This document shows, one piece after another, positions 29,864-40,013 of a stretch of 64,000 nt of DNA (position 1 is the stretch's first letter; each line of letters starts with the position of its first letter). The notes beneath the pieces are model-generated. The model was not told where the DNA came from and did not search any database. It worked only from the letters and a program-made list of their open reading frames with translations. A program made the position numbers and the translations under genes. The stretch comes from Desulfurococcaceae archaeon (lineage in GTDB: Archaea > Thermoproteota > Thermoprotei_A > Sulfolobales > Desulfurococcaceae). Location of the stretch: the NCBI GenBank assembly GCA_038897715.1, contig JAWAVV010000004.1:8365-72364 (forward strand), given 5' to 3'.

Positions 29864-30250
29864 CTATTTACCAGTTCTTGTTCTAAGCTCTTGTGCTCTC
29901 TTAATTATTTCACTAACTAGTTCTTTAGCACCACCTGGTTCTATGATAGCAGCACTAGCAGCAGCTACTTCTATACCAGCGGCTTCACCTAGTTTCTTCT
30001 TACTAGGTACGTATACATATGGTATTTTCTTCTCCTCACATAGTAATGGAAGATGAGCAACTATCTCGGGCGGGTCAACGTCTTCAGCTATGATAACTAA
30101 CTGTGCTTGTCCTCTTTCAATAGCTTTAGTTGTTTCATTAGTCCCTTTTCTAATCTTACCTCCAGTTTCACGTGCTTTCTTCAATGCTTCATATGCTTTC
30201 TCAGCCAGATCCGGTGGTGTTTCGAATTTTATGTAGAATGGTTTAGACAT
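29864..30250 (-). CDS. rpl7ae: Ribosomal protein L7Ae (K-turn binding)
   Basis: 128 aa. [50 protein letters not shown]. Confidence 0.96.
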   Translation of the reverse strand: MSKPFYIKFETPPDLAEKAYEALKKARETGGKIRKGTNETTKAIERGQAQLVIIAEDVDPPEIVAHLPLLCEEKKIPYVYVPSKKKLGEAAGIEVAAASAAIIEPGGAKELVSEIIKRAQELRTRTGK

Positions 30251-30321
30251 ACTTCATCCTCCTCTATTTATCGTCGGTCTAGTTTTATTAATTAAAAGTT
30301 GTTTACCTTTATTAAACTTTT

Positions 30322-32091
30322 CTATTCATGACTGAATATACATGTTAATCTATTATTATCAAATCTATCTATTCTAGCGAAACCTATTCTATAGAACTGT
30401 ACTATATCGTCTACTTTAGAATTCAATATATCTCTTTCTACAAGTATTCTCCTATATACTAATTCGTTACCAGTAGGCGTGATCAAATCTGCTTCAACGT
30501 AGTTGTCTCCACTAACCCATTGTATTATAGCTAAATTCTTCTCAACAGCGTCTTCTTGTGAGAAACTAGTTATTCTTGTTTTATAACCAATATTGTTATC
30601 TATAATGGTTAATCCCTCTAAAACTATGTTTGCAAAACCCATTAATCTAACCATATTGTTTCTAAACAACTCTAGATCTCTACGTGAAATATATATAGTA
30701 TGTACTCCTTTAGAGAAGAAGTATTCGTATTTCTCACCTGTAGCTGGATTTCTCAGTATAGTTGCTTTAACATCGCTCTCTAATTCGATTAATAGAGATA
30801 TAGGGTTTTCAACAGCCATATATCTCCTTGCTTTAGAGTCTATAAAAGACCTATTTATAGCAGCTAGGTTTACGAAACTTATACGAGCATCTATTGATTT
30901 AACACCTACTTGTCTAACGATCTCCCAGATAGTTTCTTTTACAAAACCTCTTCTCCTTAAACCACTGAGCGTTCCGAAACGAGGGTCATCGTACGGCTCT
31001 AGATTCTGCTCTAGAATCATCTTCCTCATTTTTGATTTACTTAGAATAACTCCCTCTAAACTCAATCTACCGAAATGTATTGTTTCGGGATAAGTCCATT
31101 TCATATGGTCGTACAAGTATTTCTGTTTAATAGTGTTTGAAACATGTTCTTTAGCTCTAAGTATATGCGTAACCCCCATTAAGTGATCGTCAACAGCAGC
31201 TGCATAATTATATGTTGGCCATAGATTATACTTATCGCCTACAACTGGATGTGGTGTTTTAGAAGTATCGATTATTCTCAAAGCAACCCAGTCTCTAATA
31301 CTCGGATCCGGGTGTTTCATATCTGTTTTAACTCTAATAACAGCTTCACCTTCACTATAGTAGTTTTCAAGAATCTTATCTAATTCTTCTAGATTATTCT
31401 CAACACTATTGTTTCTATGTGGACATGCTTTCCCCATATTCCTATATTTCTTAAACTCCTTGTCACTACATTTATCAACATATGCTCCATTAGCTTTAAT
31501 CAATTCTCTCGCAATATCGTAGTAGATCGGCAATCTCATACTCTGAATGTATTCTTCACTCCATTTAACACCAAGCCATTTAATATCTTCTTTAATCTTA
31601 ACATATGCTTCTGGAAACGGAGATTTTATACGTGGATCAGTGTCTTCGAATCTAAGTATCATCTTACCTTTATATATTTCAGCATACCAGTAGCTTAGTA
31701 AAACAGGTCTAGCGTTACCTAAATGTATAGTGTAATCGGGATTGGGAGCAAATCTGGTTACAACTTTGTTTTCAACAGCATTGGGTAGAGGTGGTAGTTT
31801 CTTCTCTTCAACTCTATGTTCTTCAACAAGTAGTTCAGGCCAGTTTTTCTCAATCTCTTCTCTCTGTTTCTCAATACTCATAGAGTTTACTCTATTAACT
31901 ATCTCTTGTACAATACTTATTATTTCTCTAATAAAACTCCTTATCTCGGGTATTTCAGAGACTATTTTAGAGATAACTGGTTTTAACTCAGCTCTACCGT
32001 TGTGTTTATAAGCATTTAATAAAGCATGTTTATACGCAATCTCACGTACTCTCTCTAATATTGATTCTTCTACATTCATTTTTATCAACAA
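30322..32091 (-). CDS. gltX: Glutamyl-tRNA synthetase (archaeal/eukaryal type)
   Basis: 589 aa. RFAPNPDYTIHLGNARP (HIGH-type), LSKSKM (KMSKS-type). The start is more likely MNVEES at 32079. Confidence 0.9.
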   Translation of the reverse strand: MLIKMNVEESILERVREIAYKHALLNAYKHNGRAELKPVISKIVSEIPEIRSFIREIISIVQEIVNRVNSMSIEKQREEIEKNWPELLVEEHRVEEKKLPPLPNAVENKVVTRFAPNPDYTIHLGNARPVLLSYWYAEIYKGKMILRFEDTDPRIKSPFPEAYVKIKEDIKWLGVKWSEEYIQSMRLPIYYDIARELIKANGAYVDKCSDKEFKKYRNMGKACPHRNNSVENNLEELDKILENYYSEGEAVIRVKTDMKHPDPSIRDWVALRIIDTSKTPHPVVGDKYNLWPTYNYAAAVDDHLMGVTHILRAKEHVSNTIKQKYLYDHMKWTYPETIHFGRLSLEGVILSKSKMRKMILEQNLEPYDDPRFGTLSGLRRRGFVKETIWEIVRQVGVKSIDARISFVNLAAINRSFIDSKARRYMAVENPISLLIELESDVKATILRNPATGEKYEYFFSKGVHTIYISRRDLELFRNNMVRLMGFANIVLEGLTIIDNNIGYKTRITSFSQEDAVEKNLAIIQWVSGDNYVEADLITPTGNELVYRRILVERDILNSKVDDIVQFYRIGFARIDRFDNNRLTCIFSHE

Positions 32092-32575
32092 CCACCACTA
32101 TGTATCTACAAGGTTTCTCCCATGAAACATCTATTACTAAAAGTATTAAACCTGAACAAGGTGATTTATAAACACGTATATCGTTCTTATTCGTAACGAT
32201 ATACGCTATCCTACTTCCTTCTAAAATCTCTTCCCCCTCTATTGCGTCGACGAATATTTCATAACCAGTAATTTCTATTATACATAGTTTCGTACCTGTT
32301 TCAATAAGGAAACCGTTTAAAAACCTATTACTCTCTCTCTTCGCAACAACTATTCCTCTTCTAGAAACTGATTCAACTAAATCAATGTACTCTAAAACGC
32401 TTTCGTAAGGTATTGAGCCGAAGTATTTTTTATAACCGTATTTATCTAGTTCACTACATTCGATCATGATATATTCATTGTTTAAAGTCTCTACAATACA
32501 TTTATTCGAATAATTGTTTTCAATAAATACTTCTGGAAACACGTATAGATTCTTTGAATAAACTATTGTATCCAT
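32042..32575 (-). CDS. Hypothetical protein with C-terminal biotinyl/lipoyl-like hybrid-barrel motif (possibly DUF2118-like)
   Basis: 177 aa ORF packed between fni and gltX, overlapping both. C-terminal EGEEILEGSRIAYIVTNKNDIRVYKSPCSGLILLV resembles a barrel-sandwich hybrid. The family name is from memory. Confidence 0.4.
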   Translation of the reverse strand: MDTIVYSKNLYVFPEVFIENNYSNKCIVETLNNEYIMIECSELDKYGYKKYFGSIPYESVLEYIDLVESVSRRGIVVAKRESNRFLNGFLIETGTKLCIIEITGYEIFVDAIEGEEILEGSRIAYIVTNKNDIRVYKSPCSGLILLVIDVSWEKPCRYIVVVVDKNECRRINIREST

Positions 32576-33690
32576 TTCCTAGACCTAATTCTCTCAATAT
32601 ATTGTTTAACATCTACACCTCTCTGTTCGAGATAAGTAGATACTGGTTCGAGTAATACAACTGGTTTTTCAGCTAAGCTTTGAACATTATTAGCACCTAT
32701 TAGAAACATTATTGTTTTCATAGTCTCAACGTATTCTTCAATATATTTATCCACGGCTTCGAATCCTTCAATCAATAGTTTTTTCAAAACAGGTTTAGCT
32801 AATCCAACAATATTTGCACCTAAAACCAGGTTTTTAACAGCTTGTAAACCATTCCACACACCGCCGCTAGCTATTATGTATGAATCGGGTGCTTCTATTC
32901 TAGTTTCAATTACAGATAATGGTGTTGGAATACCCCAGTCTTTTAAATAATCCGCTACTTTCTGTTTAATTACATTCTCTCTACATCTATGTTTCTCAAC
33001 CATAATCCAGTTTGTACCACAAGCACCTGCTACGTCGAAGAATCTAATACCAATACTGTATAGTTTTGAAACAGTTTCTCGTGATAAACCAGTTCCCACT
33101 TCTTTGATAATTATAGGTATATCTAGGTAATCAAGTAGTTCTTCGATGAAAACAAGTGTATTATATCCGAAATCAGTATCTCCTTCCGGTTGAATAATCT
33201 CTTGACCGGGGTTTAAGTGAATAGCTAGTGCGTCGGCTTCTATTGTTTTAATAATTGATTCAATATCTTTAACACTAAGTTTACTTAAAGTACTATACCC
33301 TATGTTTCCTATAACTGGTAGGTCTTTAACGTATTTTCTGACAACTCTATAGCTTTCAATTATCTTATCATCTCTATTGTTTATTAAAGGTCTCTGACTA
33401 CCTACTCCAATTGCTAATCTATGTTTAGAAACTAGTTTAGCTAGTTGTTCATTAATTTTAATAGTATCGACGTGTCCACCCGTTATTCCAGTTATTATAA
33501 TTGGCGCGTTTAAACTGTATTTTAAAAAATTTGTTGATAAATCTATCTCTTTGTAATTAATACCAGGTAGTGCTTGATGTATTAACTTTATTGATTCATA
33601 TATTGTTTTACACCAACCGTTGTAATCAACGTTTTCTTTCAGAACAATATCGATATGTTCTATTTTTCTATTACTTATACTATGATCCAT
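32563..33690 (-). CDS. fni: Isopentenyl-diphosphate delta-isomerase type 2 (FMN-dependent)
   Basis: 375 aa. RKIEHIDIVL, TIM-barrel glycine-rich motifs (ASGGVWNG). Confidence 0.9.
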   Translation of the reverse strand: MDHSISNRKIEHIDIVLKENVDYNGWCKTIYESIKLIHQALPGINYKEIDLSTNFLKYSLNAPIIITGITGGHVDTIKINEQLAKLVSKHRLAIGVGSQRPLINNRDDKIIESYRVVRKYVKDLPVIGNIGYSTLSKLSVKDIESIIKTIEADALAIHLNPGQEIIQPEGDTDFGYNTLVFIEELLDYLDIPIIIKEVGTGLSRETVSKLYSIGIRFFDVAGACGTNWIMVEKHRCRENVIKQKVADYLKDWGIPTPLSVIETRIEAPDSYIIASGGVWNGLQAVKNLVLGANIVGLAKPVLKKLLIEGFEAVDKYIEEYVETMKTIMFLIGANNVQSLAEKPVVLLEPVSTYLEQRGVDVKQYIERIRSRKWIQ

Positions 33691-33698
33691 AAATACAC

Positions 33699-34589
33699 CT
33701 ATTTCTCGATGAAGAACTTTATAGAAGCATATCCTACGACTCCGTTTCTATAATTAGAAGTATCTCCACTATTAGCGTATTTAAGTAGCTCAGCTTTCTT
33801 CTTCTCACCACCTATTAGTTTAGTATACTCTATTAGAGTCATTATACCTCCCGGTCCACATATAGTTATATGTTTCTCTACTATTACTCTATAGAAGCCT
33901 TCTGTATCGAATTTAATAATATAATCTATTGCTTCTAAATCCTTTCTTTTAGTTACTTCATATGGTTCATAGTGGTTGAAATCACTACTAGCTATTATAA
34001 CTACGTCTCTATTCGTTTCATCAATAGATTTCTTAATAGCTCTAGCTAGGTCTTGAGCTGTTTCAACAGTATGAAGCCCTATAACTATTGGTAGTATTTT
34101 AACTCTATTACCGTAAACGTATTGTATGAAAGGCAGCTGTACTTCAACAGAGTGTTCATCTAGATGAGCATCAGTATCTAGTTCAGCTAATTCACTATAC
34201 TTACTAATCCTCTCTCCCAGTTCACTATCAACTACTAATTCGCCGAGTGGTGTAATCCACTTTCCTCCCGGATATATAGATACGAGTGAGCCTAAACCAG
34301 TGTGATTAGTACCTATTATTATGATTGTTTCAGGTAATCCTGTTTCAGCTAGTGAGAGATAGGCGTGTGCTGCAACAGGTCCACTATATATGTAGCCAGC
34401 GTGTGGAGAGATATAGCCAACTACTCCTCTAATCCTCTCTCTGTTAACTACAGGTTTTCTTCCAGGTCCATGTGGATTCTTAGTAAATAGTTCATCGAGA
34501 AGTCTAGTTAATTCAACAGGATTATCTGGATAGAAGTATCCGGCAACAACCGGTTCTCTAACGTATTTAGTTTGATTCAAATAAATCAA
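33699..34589 (-). CDS. MEMO1/UPF0103 family protein
   Basis: 296 aa. REPVVAGYFYP, ISPHAGYIYSG, SSDFNHYE. Confidence 0.85.
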   Translation of the reverse strand: MIYLNQTKYVREPVVAGYFYPDNPVELTRLLDELFTKNPHGPGRKPVVNRERIRGVVGYISPHAGYIYSGPVAAHAYLSLAETGLPETIIIIGTNHTGLGSLVSIYPGGKWITPLGELVVDSELGERISKYSELAELDTDAHLDEHSVEVQLPFIQYVYGNRVKILPIVIGLHTVETAQDLARAIKKSIDETNRDVVIIASSDFNHYEPYEVTKRKDLEAIDYIIKFDTEGFYRVIVEKHITICGPGGIMTLIEYTKLIGGEKKKAELLKYANSGDTSNYRNGVVGYASIKFFIEK

Positions 34590-34591
34590 CT

Positions 34592-35215
34592 CTATATCTT
34601 TACTTCAAAATCTTTAGGAGATTCTGGTAATTCGGCATCCGGCTGTATAATCCCCTTATTTCTCAGAATTTCTCTAGCTAGTAGCCAGTAGACTAGTGCT
34701 AGACTCTTTCTTCCTTTATTATTAACAGGTATGACTAGGTCAACGTATTCTGTTTTATTATCCGTATCAGCTAGTGCAACGATCGCTACTCCTATCTCAG
34801 AAGCTTCTTTCAAAGCTTGAGAATCAGCTCTAGGATCCGTTATTATAACTACTTCTGGTTCGAAGTAATTGTTTAAACTAGGGTTACTGAAAGAACCTGG
34901 TAGGAATCTACCTATGAATGGTTTACAGCCAACGTATTGACAGAATTTGACAACTGGTTTCTGACCATATAATCTAGCTGATACAGCAGCTATCTTGGTT
35001 GAATCATATCTTGCTAGAAATCTCGATGCAATACGTATTCTCTCATCTATCTTCTTAACATCAAGTATGTATAGTCCATCGCTTCTAATTCTATATACGA
35101 ATGGTTTCATAAAAGATGTGCATATATGTGTACCTATGTGAATACCTGCTACAAGGTATTGTTCAAGAGGTACTAGTAGTTCTCCTTCAGCAATTCTCTC
35201 TCTCTGTTCATTCAT
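34592..35215 (-). CDS. rps2: Ribosomal protein S2 (uS2)
   Basis: 207 aa. [33 protein letters not shown]. Confidence 0.95.
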   Translation of the reverse strand: MNEQRERIAEGELLVPLEQYLVAGIHIGTHICTSFMKPFVYRIRSDGLYILDVKKIDERIRIASRFLARYDSTKIAAVSARLYGQKPVVKFCQYVGCKPFIGRFLPGSFSNPSLNNYFEPEVVIITDPRADSQALKEASEIGVAIVALADTDNKTEYVDLVIPVNNKGRKSLALVYWLLAREILRNKGIIQPDAELPESPKDFEVKI

Positions 35216-35245
35216 ATCGATATGAGACAGTTCTATCCACCTCTT

Positions 35246-35446
35246 CTAAGATATTTTCGGGAAATTGAGTATTTCATAGAAAATATCTATGTGTGTTAGA
35301 AACATTCTTCTACAACAATATCTCTTAACACCTAGTTCATCTAGTACTTTACTAGGGTCTTCACCTGCTTCAATTCTTCTCTTAAACTCATCCCATAAGT
35401 GACCTATTGGTGCACCGCATGTGAAGCATCTAATTGGAATCATCAA
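35246..35446 (-). CDS. rpoN: RNA polymerase subunit Rpo10 (N)
   Basis: 66 aa. MIPIRCFTCG ... RYCCRRM. Confidence 0.95.
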   Translation of the reverse strand: MMIPIRCFTCGAPIGHLWDEFKRRIEAGEDPSKVLDELGVKRYCCRRMFLTHIDIFYEILNFPKIS

Positions 35447-35452
35447 TTCACA

Positions 35453-35866
35453 TCACCTATACGATTTCTGCCATCTTCTTCTAGCACTATATCTACCCCA
35501 TTTCTCGGATTCAGTTCTACGAGGATCTCCTGTTAATAAATGTCTATCGTATTCCTCCATAATTTTTTTCAACTCTTCGTTTCTACCACTATACTCTAGT
35601 AATCCACGTGCAATAGCTATTCTAACAGCTTCAGCTTGACTCATGTAACCACCTCCTTTCACATTAACTTTTATATCAACTTTCTTCCATAGATCCCCTA
35701 CTATTATTAACGGCTCCATCATTTTCAAACGAGCTAGTTCGCATGGCCATATTTCAATAGGTATATTGTTAACCCATACTCTACCCTCACCGGGTTTAAT
35801 AACAGCTCTAGCTATACTTGTCTTCCTCTTACCAGTAGCTATAACTATTTTCTCACTACTATTCAT
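35453..35866 (-). CDS. rps9: Ribosomal protein S9 (uS9)
   Basis: 137 aa. GKRKTSIARA, C-terminal KSYR. Confidence 0.95.
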   Translation of the reverse strand: MNSSEKIVIATGKRKTSIARAVIKPGEGRVWVNNIPIEIWPCELARLKMMEPLIIVGDLWKKVDIKVNVKGGGYMSQAEAVRIAIARGLLEYSGRNEELKKIMEEYDRHLLTGDPRRTESEKWGRYSARRRWQKSYR

Positions 35867-36318
35867 TCTCCAAACCTCTTTTTAAAACCTAGTTCTGAAG
35901 CTAACTCTTCTAAGTAAATATACCTATTTTTCAATCTACTCACATCTGCTTCTTGAAATCTTATTAAATTAACGTTTCTAAACATAGGTGGTAGACCAGA
36001 ATATACTTTTAATCGTTTAAAAGCTTCTCTACCTTTAGGTTTATCCATCGGAAGCATTCCTCTAACAGTTCGTTTAAAAATACCATGTGGTGTCCGAGGT
36101 CTCCTTATACCAGATTTATCTGGATTATAATGTGTTTTAACTCTAAATAATAGTTTATAGCCTTCTAAAACTCTCTTTTTCTCACCGCTTATAACGCATT
36201 TATTGGCGTTTACAACGTATACTCTATAGCCTTCTAGCAGTTTCTTAGCAATAATGCTCGCTAATCTACCTAGTATTTGATTAGAAGCATCAACATATAT
36301 TGTTTTCTCAGTACTCAT
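35863..36318 (-). CDS. rpl13: Ribosomal protein L13 (uL13)
   Basis: 151 aa. VDASNQILGRLAS.IAK.LL.G. Confidence 0.93.
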   Translation of the reverse strand: MSTEKTIYVDASNQILGRLASIIAKKLLEGYRVYVVNANKCVISGEKKRVLEGYKLLFRVKTHYNPDKSGIRRPRTPHGIFKRTVRGMLPMDKPKGREAFKRLKVYSGLPPMFRNVNLIRFQEADVSRLKNRYIYLEELASELGFKKRFGE

Positions 36319-36322
36319 AGTT

Positions 36323-36685
36323 TCACCCTATGATCTTTACATTACTTCCACTTGGATTCAACTTAACGAGATCAGTGATATAGATTGCTCTACCTCCAGC
36401 TTTATTTATCTTCTCCAATGCTTTCTTACTAAAACTAATAGCTGCTACTGTAACAGAATGTTTTAAATCACCGGAACCAAGTACTTTACCGGGTACGATA
36501 ACGATATCTCCAGCACTAGTGTGTCTATTAATTCTACTAATATTGACTACACGGCGTTTTCTAGCCGGTTTCTCGAGTTCTCTAGCAATAGCTCTCCATA
36601 TAGGTGCTTTATATTCTCTAGAGTATTTCACTAGTAATCTAATAGTTTTTCTTAAAACAATATTTGTTGGACCGGTTTTCTTCAT
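36323..36685 (-). CDS. rpl18e: Ribosomal protein L18e
   Basis: 120 aa. TGPTN, VNISRINR, conserved position between rpoD and rpl13. Confidence 0.9.
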   Translation of the reverse strand: MKKTGPTNIVLRKTIRLLVKYSREYKAPIWRAIARELEKPARKRRVVNISRINRHTSAGDIVIVPGKVLGSGDLKHSVTVAAISFSKKALEKINKAGGRAIYITDLVKLNPSGSNVKIIG

Positions 36686-37575
36686 TTAACCTCACTCTCA
36701 ATTTTACTCAATAAATCATTGATCTTACCTTCTAGAATCTTAGTTGCTTCAATTAGAATTCTCTTAATCTTCAAAGCACCTGTTGATTCAATGAATAAGA
36801 TATATTCGTTTTCACGCCATTTAACATCAATAGCTTTATTTGGACAAATCTCTTCACATAATCGACACAACGTGCATTCTAAAACCTTATCATCTCTCAC
36901 AACTAGTTTATTATCTTTAAACATGAATACATTTCTAGGACAAGTATCTACGCATTTACCACACTCTAAACCAGTGCATCTACCGTAATCAATATTTATA
37001 TCTGGAACATATTTGTGTGCAGCAACAGATACTGGAGACCATTTAGCATGTTCTTTACCACGACCTAGTCTAGCATATGCTTCTAGTTTAATCTCCTGAA
37101 TCTCTGGTTTAGTTATCTTACTCCTTTCATCAATATCAACTATCCTACCTGTTAACGCAACAATAGGTATCTTATCATATACAGGTTTAACACTGGGATC
37201 GCTTGTTTTCAAATCACCACTATATAGTGTGATTACTTTACCCGGTTCACCAGTTCCTTCTAAAGTGAATGTTACAAAACAATCACTTGAGAAAATATTT
37301 CTCTCACCAGCTTCTACGCATTCTTCCGGAGACTTGTATTTATCTAATGCTTCATCGCTTGTTAAAGGTATTAAACCCAATCTATGTGCAATATATTCAT
37401 CGTAGAAAACACTACTGTTTACTAGGAAAACAACATAGTCTATAGCCATAGTCGGTACTTCAGCTAATATAGTTCTACGTATAGAGTTTAAAACATGTAA
37501 TGGTAATCCACGGATTAACAAACGTATACTTAGAGGGTTTTTCTCTAAAACCTGTATCTCCATTAAAAACACCAC
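36682..37575 (-). CDS. rpoD: RNA polymerase subunit Rpo3 (D) with 4Fe-4S ferredoxin-like insert
   Basis: 297 aa. Cys clusters CGKCVDTCP and CTLCRLCEEICP. The start may be MEIQV at 37563. Confidence 0.93.
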   Translation of the reverse strand: MVFLMEIQVLEKNPLSIRLLIRGLPLHVLNSIRRTILAEVPTMAIDYVVFLVNSSVFYDEYIAHRLGLIPLTSDEALDKYKSPEECVEAGERNIFSSDCFVTFTLEGTGEPGKVITLYSGDLKTSDPSVKPVYDKIPIVALTGRIVDIDERSKITKPEIQEIKLEAYARLGRGKEHAKWSPVSVAAHKYVPDINIDYGRCTGLECGKCVDTCPRNVFMFKDNKLVVRDDKVLECTLCRLCEEICPNKAIDVKWRENEYILFIESTGALKIKRILIEATKILEGKINDLLSKIESEVK

Positions 37576-37581
37576 TATGGT

Positions 37582-37983
37582 TTAAACTCTCCTACCTCTC
37601 CTACCACCAGGTCTTCTAGTTGAATCATGTGGTATTGGAGTAACATCTTCAATTCTACCTATTATAAAACCAGATCTAGCTAGAGTACGTATAGCTGCTT
37701 GAGCACCTGGACCCGGTGTCTTAGATCCATGGCCACCTGGTGCACGTACTTTTATATGTAAAGCATTTATACCTTTCTCCATAGTTTCACTAGCTGCTTT
37801 ACTTGAAGCAAGCATTGCAGCATAAGGTGATGGTTTCTCACGATCAGCTTTAACAACCATTCCACCACTCCATCTAGAGATTGTTTCTGAACCCGTTAGA
37901 TCAGTTATATGGATTATAGTATTGTTCGAACTACTATATATATGTGCTATACCCCATTTTAATTCACGTAGTGTAAAAGACAA
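37582..37983 (-). CDS. rps11: Ribosomal protein S11 (uS11)
   Basis: 133 aa. [19 protein letters not shown]-terminal [11 protein letters not shown]. Confidence 0.95.
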   Translation of the reverse strand: MSFTLRELKWGIAHIYSSSNNTIIHITDLTGSETISRWSGGMVVKADREKPSPYAAMLASSKAASETMEKGINALHIKVRAPGGHGSKTPGPGAQAAIRTLARSGFIIGRIEDVTPIPHDSTRRPGGRRGRRV

Positions 37984-37993
37984 TCAATACCAC

Positions 37994-38503
37994 CTATGTT
38001 TCCTTAACAATATTTTTCTGTCTAAACGGACTATTGATCGAGTAATCTATTAAATCTTCTTCATCACGTGAAACAATATAACCTGGTGATGTAACTCTAC
38101 GTCCACCTATAGCTATATGTCCATGAACTATTAGTTGACGAGCTTGATAAATCGTATTAGCTAATCCTTTTCTATAAACAATAGTTTGCAATCTCCTCTC
38201 AAGTAAATCCTCGACTCTTAAATCCAATACGTTTTCAAGAGTAGCGTTTTCCTTAACAAGACCCATTTTATACAATTTGTTAATAAGAGCTTTCCCCATT
38301 TTCTCTCTAATCTCTTTAGGTGCCGCTAACAGTGCTCTAGCTCTGTGTCTGATTCGTCTAACAATAGTTTTAACTCTCCACAATTCTCTCTTATTACGTA
38401 AACCATAAGTACCAATGATATTCATTTCTTCAATTAAAACTTCTCTACGCCAGGGATGGCGAGGACCCTCCCATTTCTTACGCGGTTTCTTCGGATCTCC
38501 CAT
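37994..38503 (-). CDS. rps4: Ribosomal protein S4 (uS4)
   Basis: 169 aa. [18 protein letters not shown]4 domain [12 protein letters not shown]. Confidence 0.95.
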   Translation of the reverse strand: MGDPKKPRKKWEGPRHPWRREVLIEEMNIIGTYGLRNKRELWRVKTIVRRIRHRARALLAAPKEIREKMGKALINKLYKMGLVKENATLENVLDLRVEDLLERRLQTIVYRKGLANTIYQARQLIVHGHIAIGGRRVTSPGYIVSRDEEDLIDYSINSPFRQKNIVKET

Positions 38504-38505
38504 TT

Positions 38506-38961
38506 CTAACCACCCGATTTCTTCTTACGAACACCTACAGTTGCACCAGTTCTACCAGTAGTTCTCGTTCTCTGACCTCTAACTTTCAAACCAAGAGCGT
38601 GTCTAATACCACGCCAGCTTTTAATCTTCTTCTCTCTCTCGATATCTTGTGTAACATAGTATATTAGATCTGAGCCAACTAGATGCAAATTACTACCCGT
38701 AGTGTAGTCTTTTCTTCTGTTAAACAACCATGAAGGTATATTGTATTTACTAGGATTTTTAATAACATCTTCGATTTTAGCAATTTCTTCTTCAGTTAAA
38801 TAACCTATTTTCAAACCAGGATCTATGGATAAGACTTTACAAATAGATTTAGCGAAATTATAACCAATACCTTTAATCTCAGCTAAACCATATGCTGTAG
38901 ATAAATTACCATCAATATCTGTAGCAGCTATTCTAACAATATATTTAAAACTCCTCTCCAA
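38506..38961 (-). CDS. rps13: Ribosomal protein S13 (uS13)
   Basis: [16 protein letters not shown]-terminal RTTGRTG. TTG at 38961 with GGTG 6 nt upstream is preferred over GTG at 38970. Confidence 0.93.
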   Translation of the reverse strand: MERSFKYIVRIAATDIDGNLSTAYGLAEIKGIGYNFAKSICKVLSIDPGLKIGYLTEEEIAKIEDVIKNPSKYNIPSWLFNRRKDYTTGSNLHLVGSDLIYYVTQDIEREKKIKSWRGIRHALGLKVRGQRTRTTGRTGATVGVRKKKSGG

Positions 38962-38970
38962 ACACTTCAC

Positions 38971-40013
38971 CTTTCAATTAATTATCAATTATTTTAATCA
39001 AAACCTACTTCACCGAATATTGGTCAATAATGTTTTAAATCAATCGTTTAATTATTTCAAAATCAATGTTAAGTATATGAAGTTAACGGGAGTTATAAAT
39101 CAATCGGAACAAGAACTATTGTAATTATTACTTATATTTATAAACACAGTGAAATTCACAGTAATTCCAAAATTTAAAACTATTTACAAACCTACTTCTA
39201 TTGAGCTTTTCACATAATTAACTAGTAGTAGTTATTTATAAGAAATCTTTATGAAATTAATTCACGATTAAAAATTTAATAGCTTCAAGTGTTTAGAATA
39301 GTGTTTCAAAAACACTAGTTTCACCAATAGAGCGAGTTTAATTCTCATAAATCTACTTTACATCTAGGAGTTGTGAAAAGATATGATTTAATAGTTAAAC
39401 ATTCTTAATCGGAAAACAATACTTGAGTTCACGCGAAAGAGCGTTAGCTTAAGCTTAGCGTTCAAAATTTTAACTGAAACACATATGTGATTATATTAAA
39501 AAATTGGGATGTTGTTTATGAAAAACTCAATATAATTATTACAGTAGTATTAACGATAACTACCGCTACATTAGTAACAATATGAATAGAGTTAAACCAG
39601 AGATAAGAACAGGATTAGAGAAATTGAATTAAATGAAGATGTTGAAAACGAGATCGTGAATAGTGAAGACGTTAAAACAAAACAATATGAAAATAATGAA
39701 CTGCTAGTATAAGATATTCTATCTACACTGGCGAATCCCGGAGAAATGTGGGAATAAATTCAAATCAATAGTTGAATCAATGTCATTGTCTTTTGATCTA
39801 GTTTTTCCATATATTGATATCTGTTTAATAAAATTATACAATTCATTAGAAAATCCCAGGTGAAAAAGAGAATTAGTGTTTTACAATGATATGGAGACTT
39901 TTGATCAGATCCTCATCAAATCCATGAATTTTCCACATAGAACGATCAGGATAAAACATAAAAACCAAACAAAATATAAAAAACTATAGCGAGCAATTAA
40001 AACAACAAACACA
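38971..40013 (+). other. ORF-free AT-rich region upstream of the CRISPR array (putative leader plus additional non-coding DNA)
   Basis: No ORF of 60 aa or more on either strand. Hand scanning found only ORFs of 31 aa or less. It abuts the non-degenerate end of the array. Confidence 0.55.

Noticed and set aside
39438-39462. GCGTTAGCTTAAGCTTAGCGTT quasi-palindrome in the CRISPR upstream region
   Set aside because: Only the central 10 nt (AGCTTAAGCT) are truly self-complementary. That is too short to assign a function.
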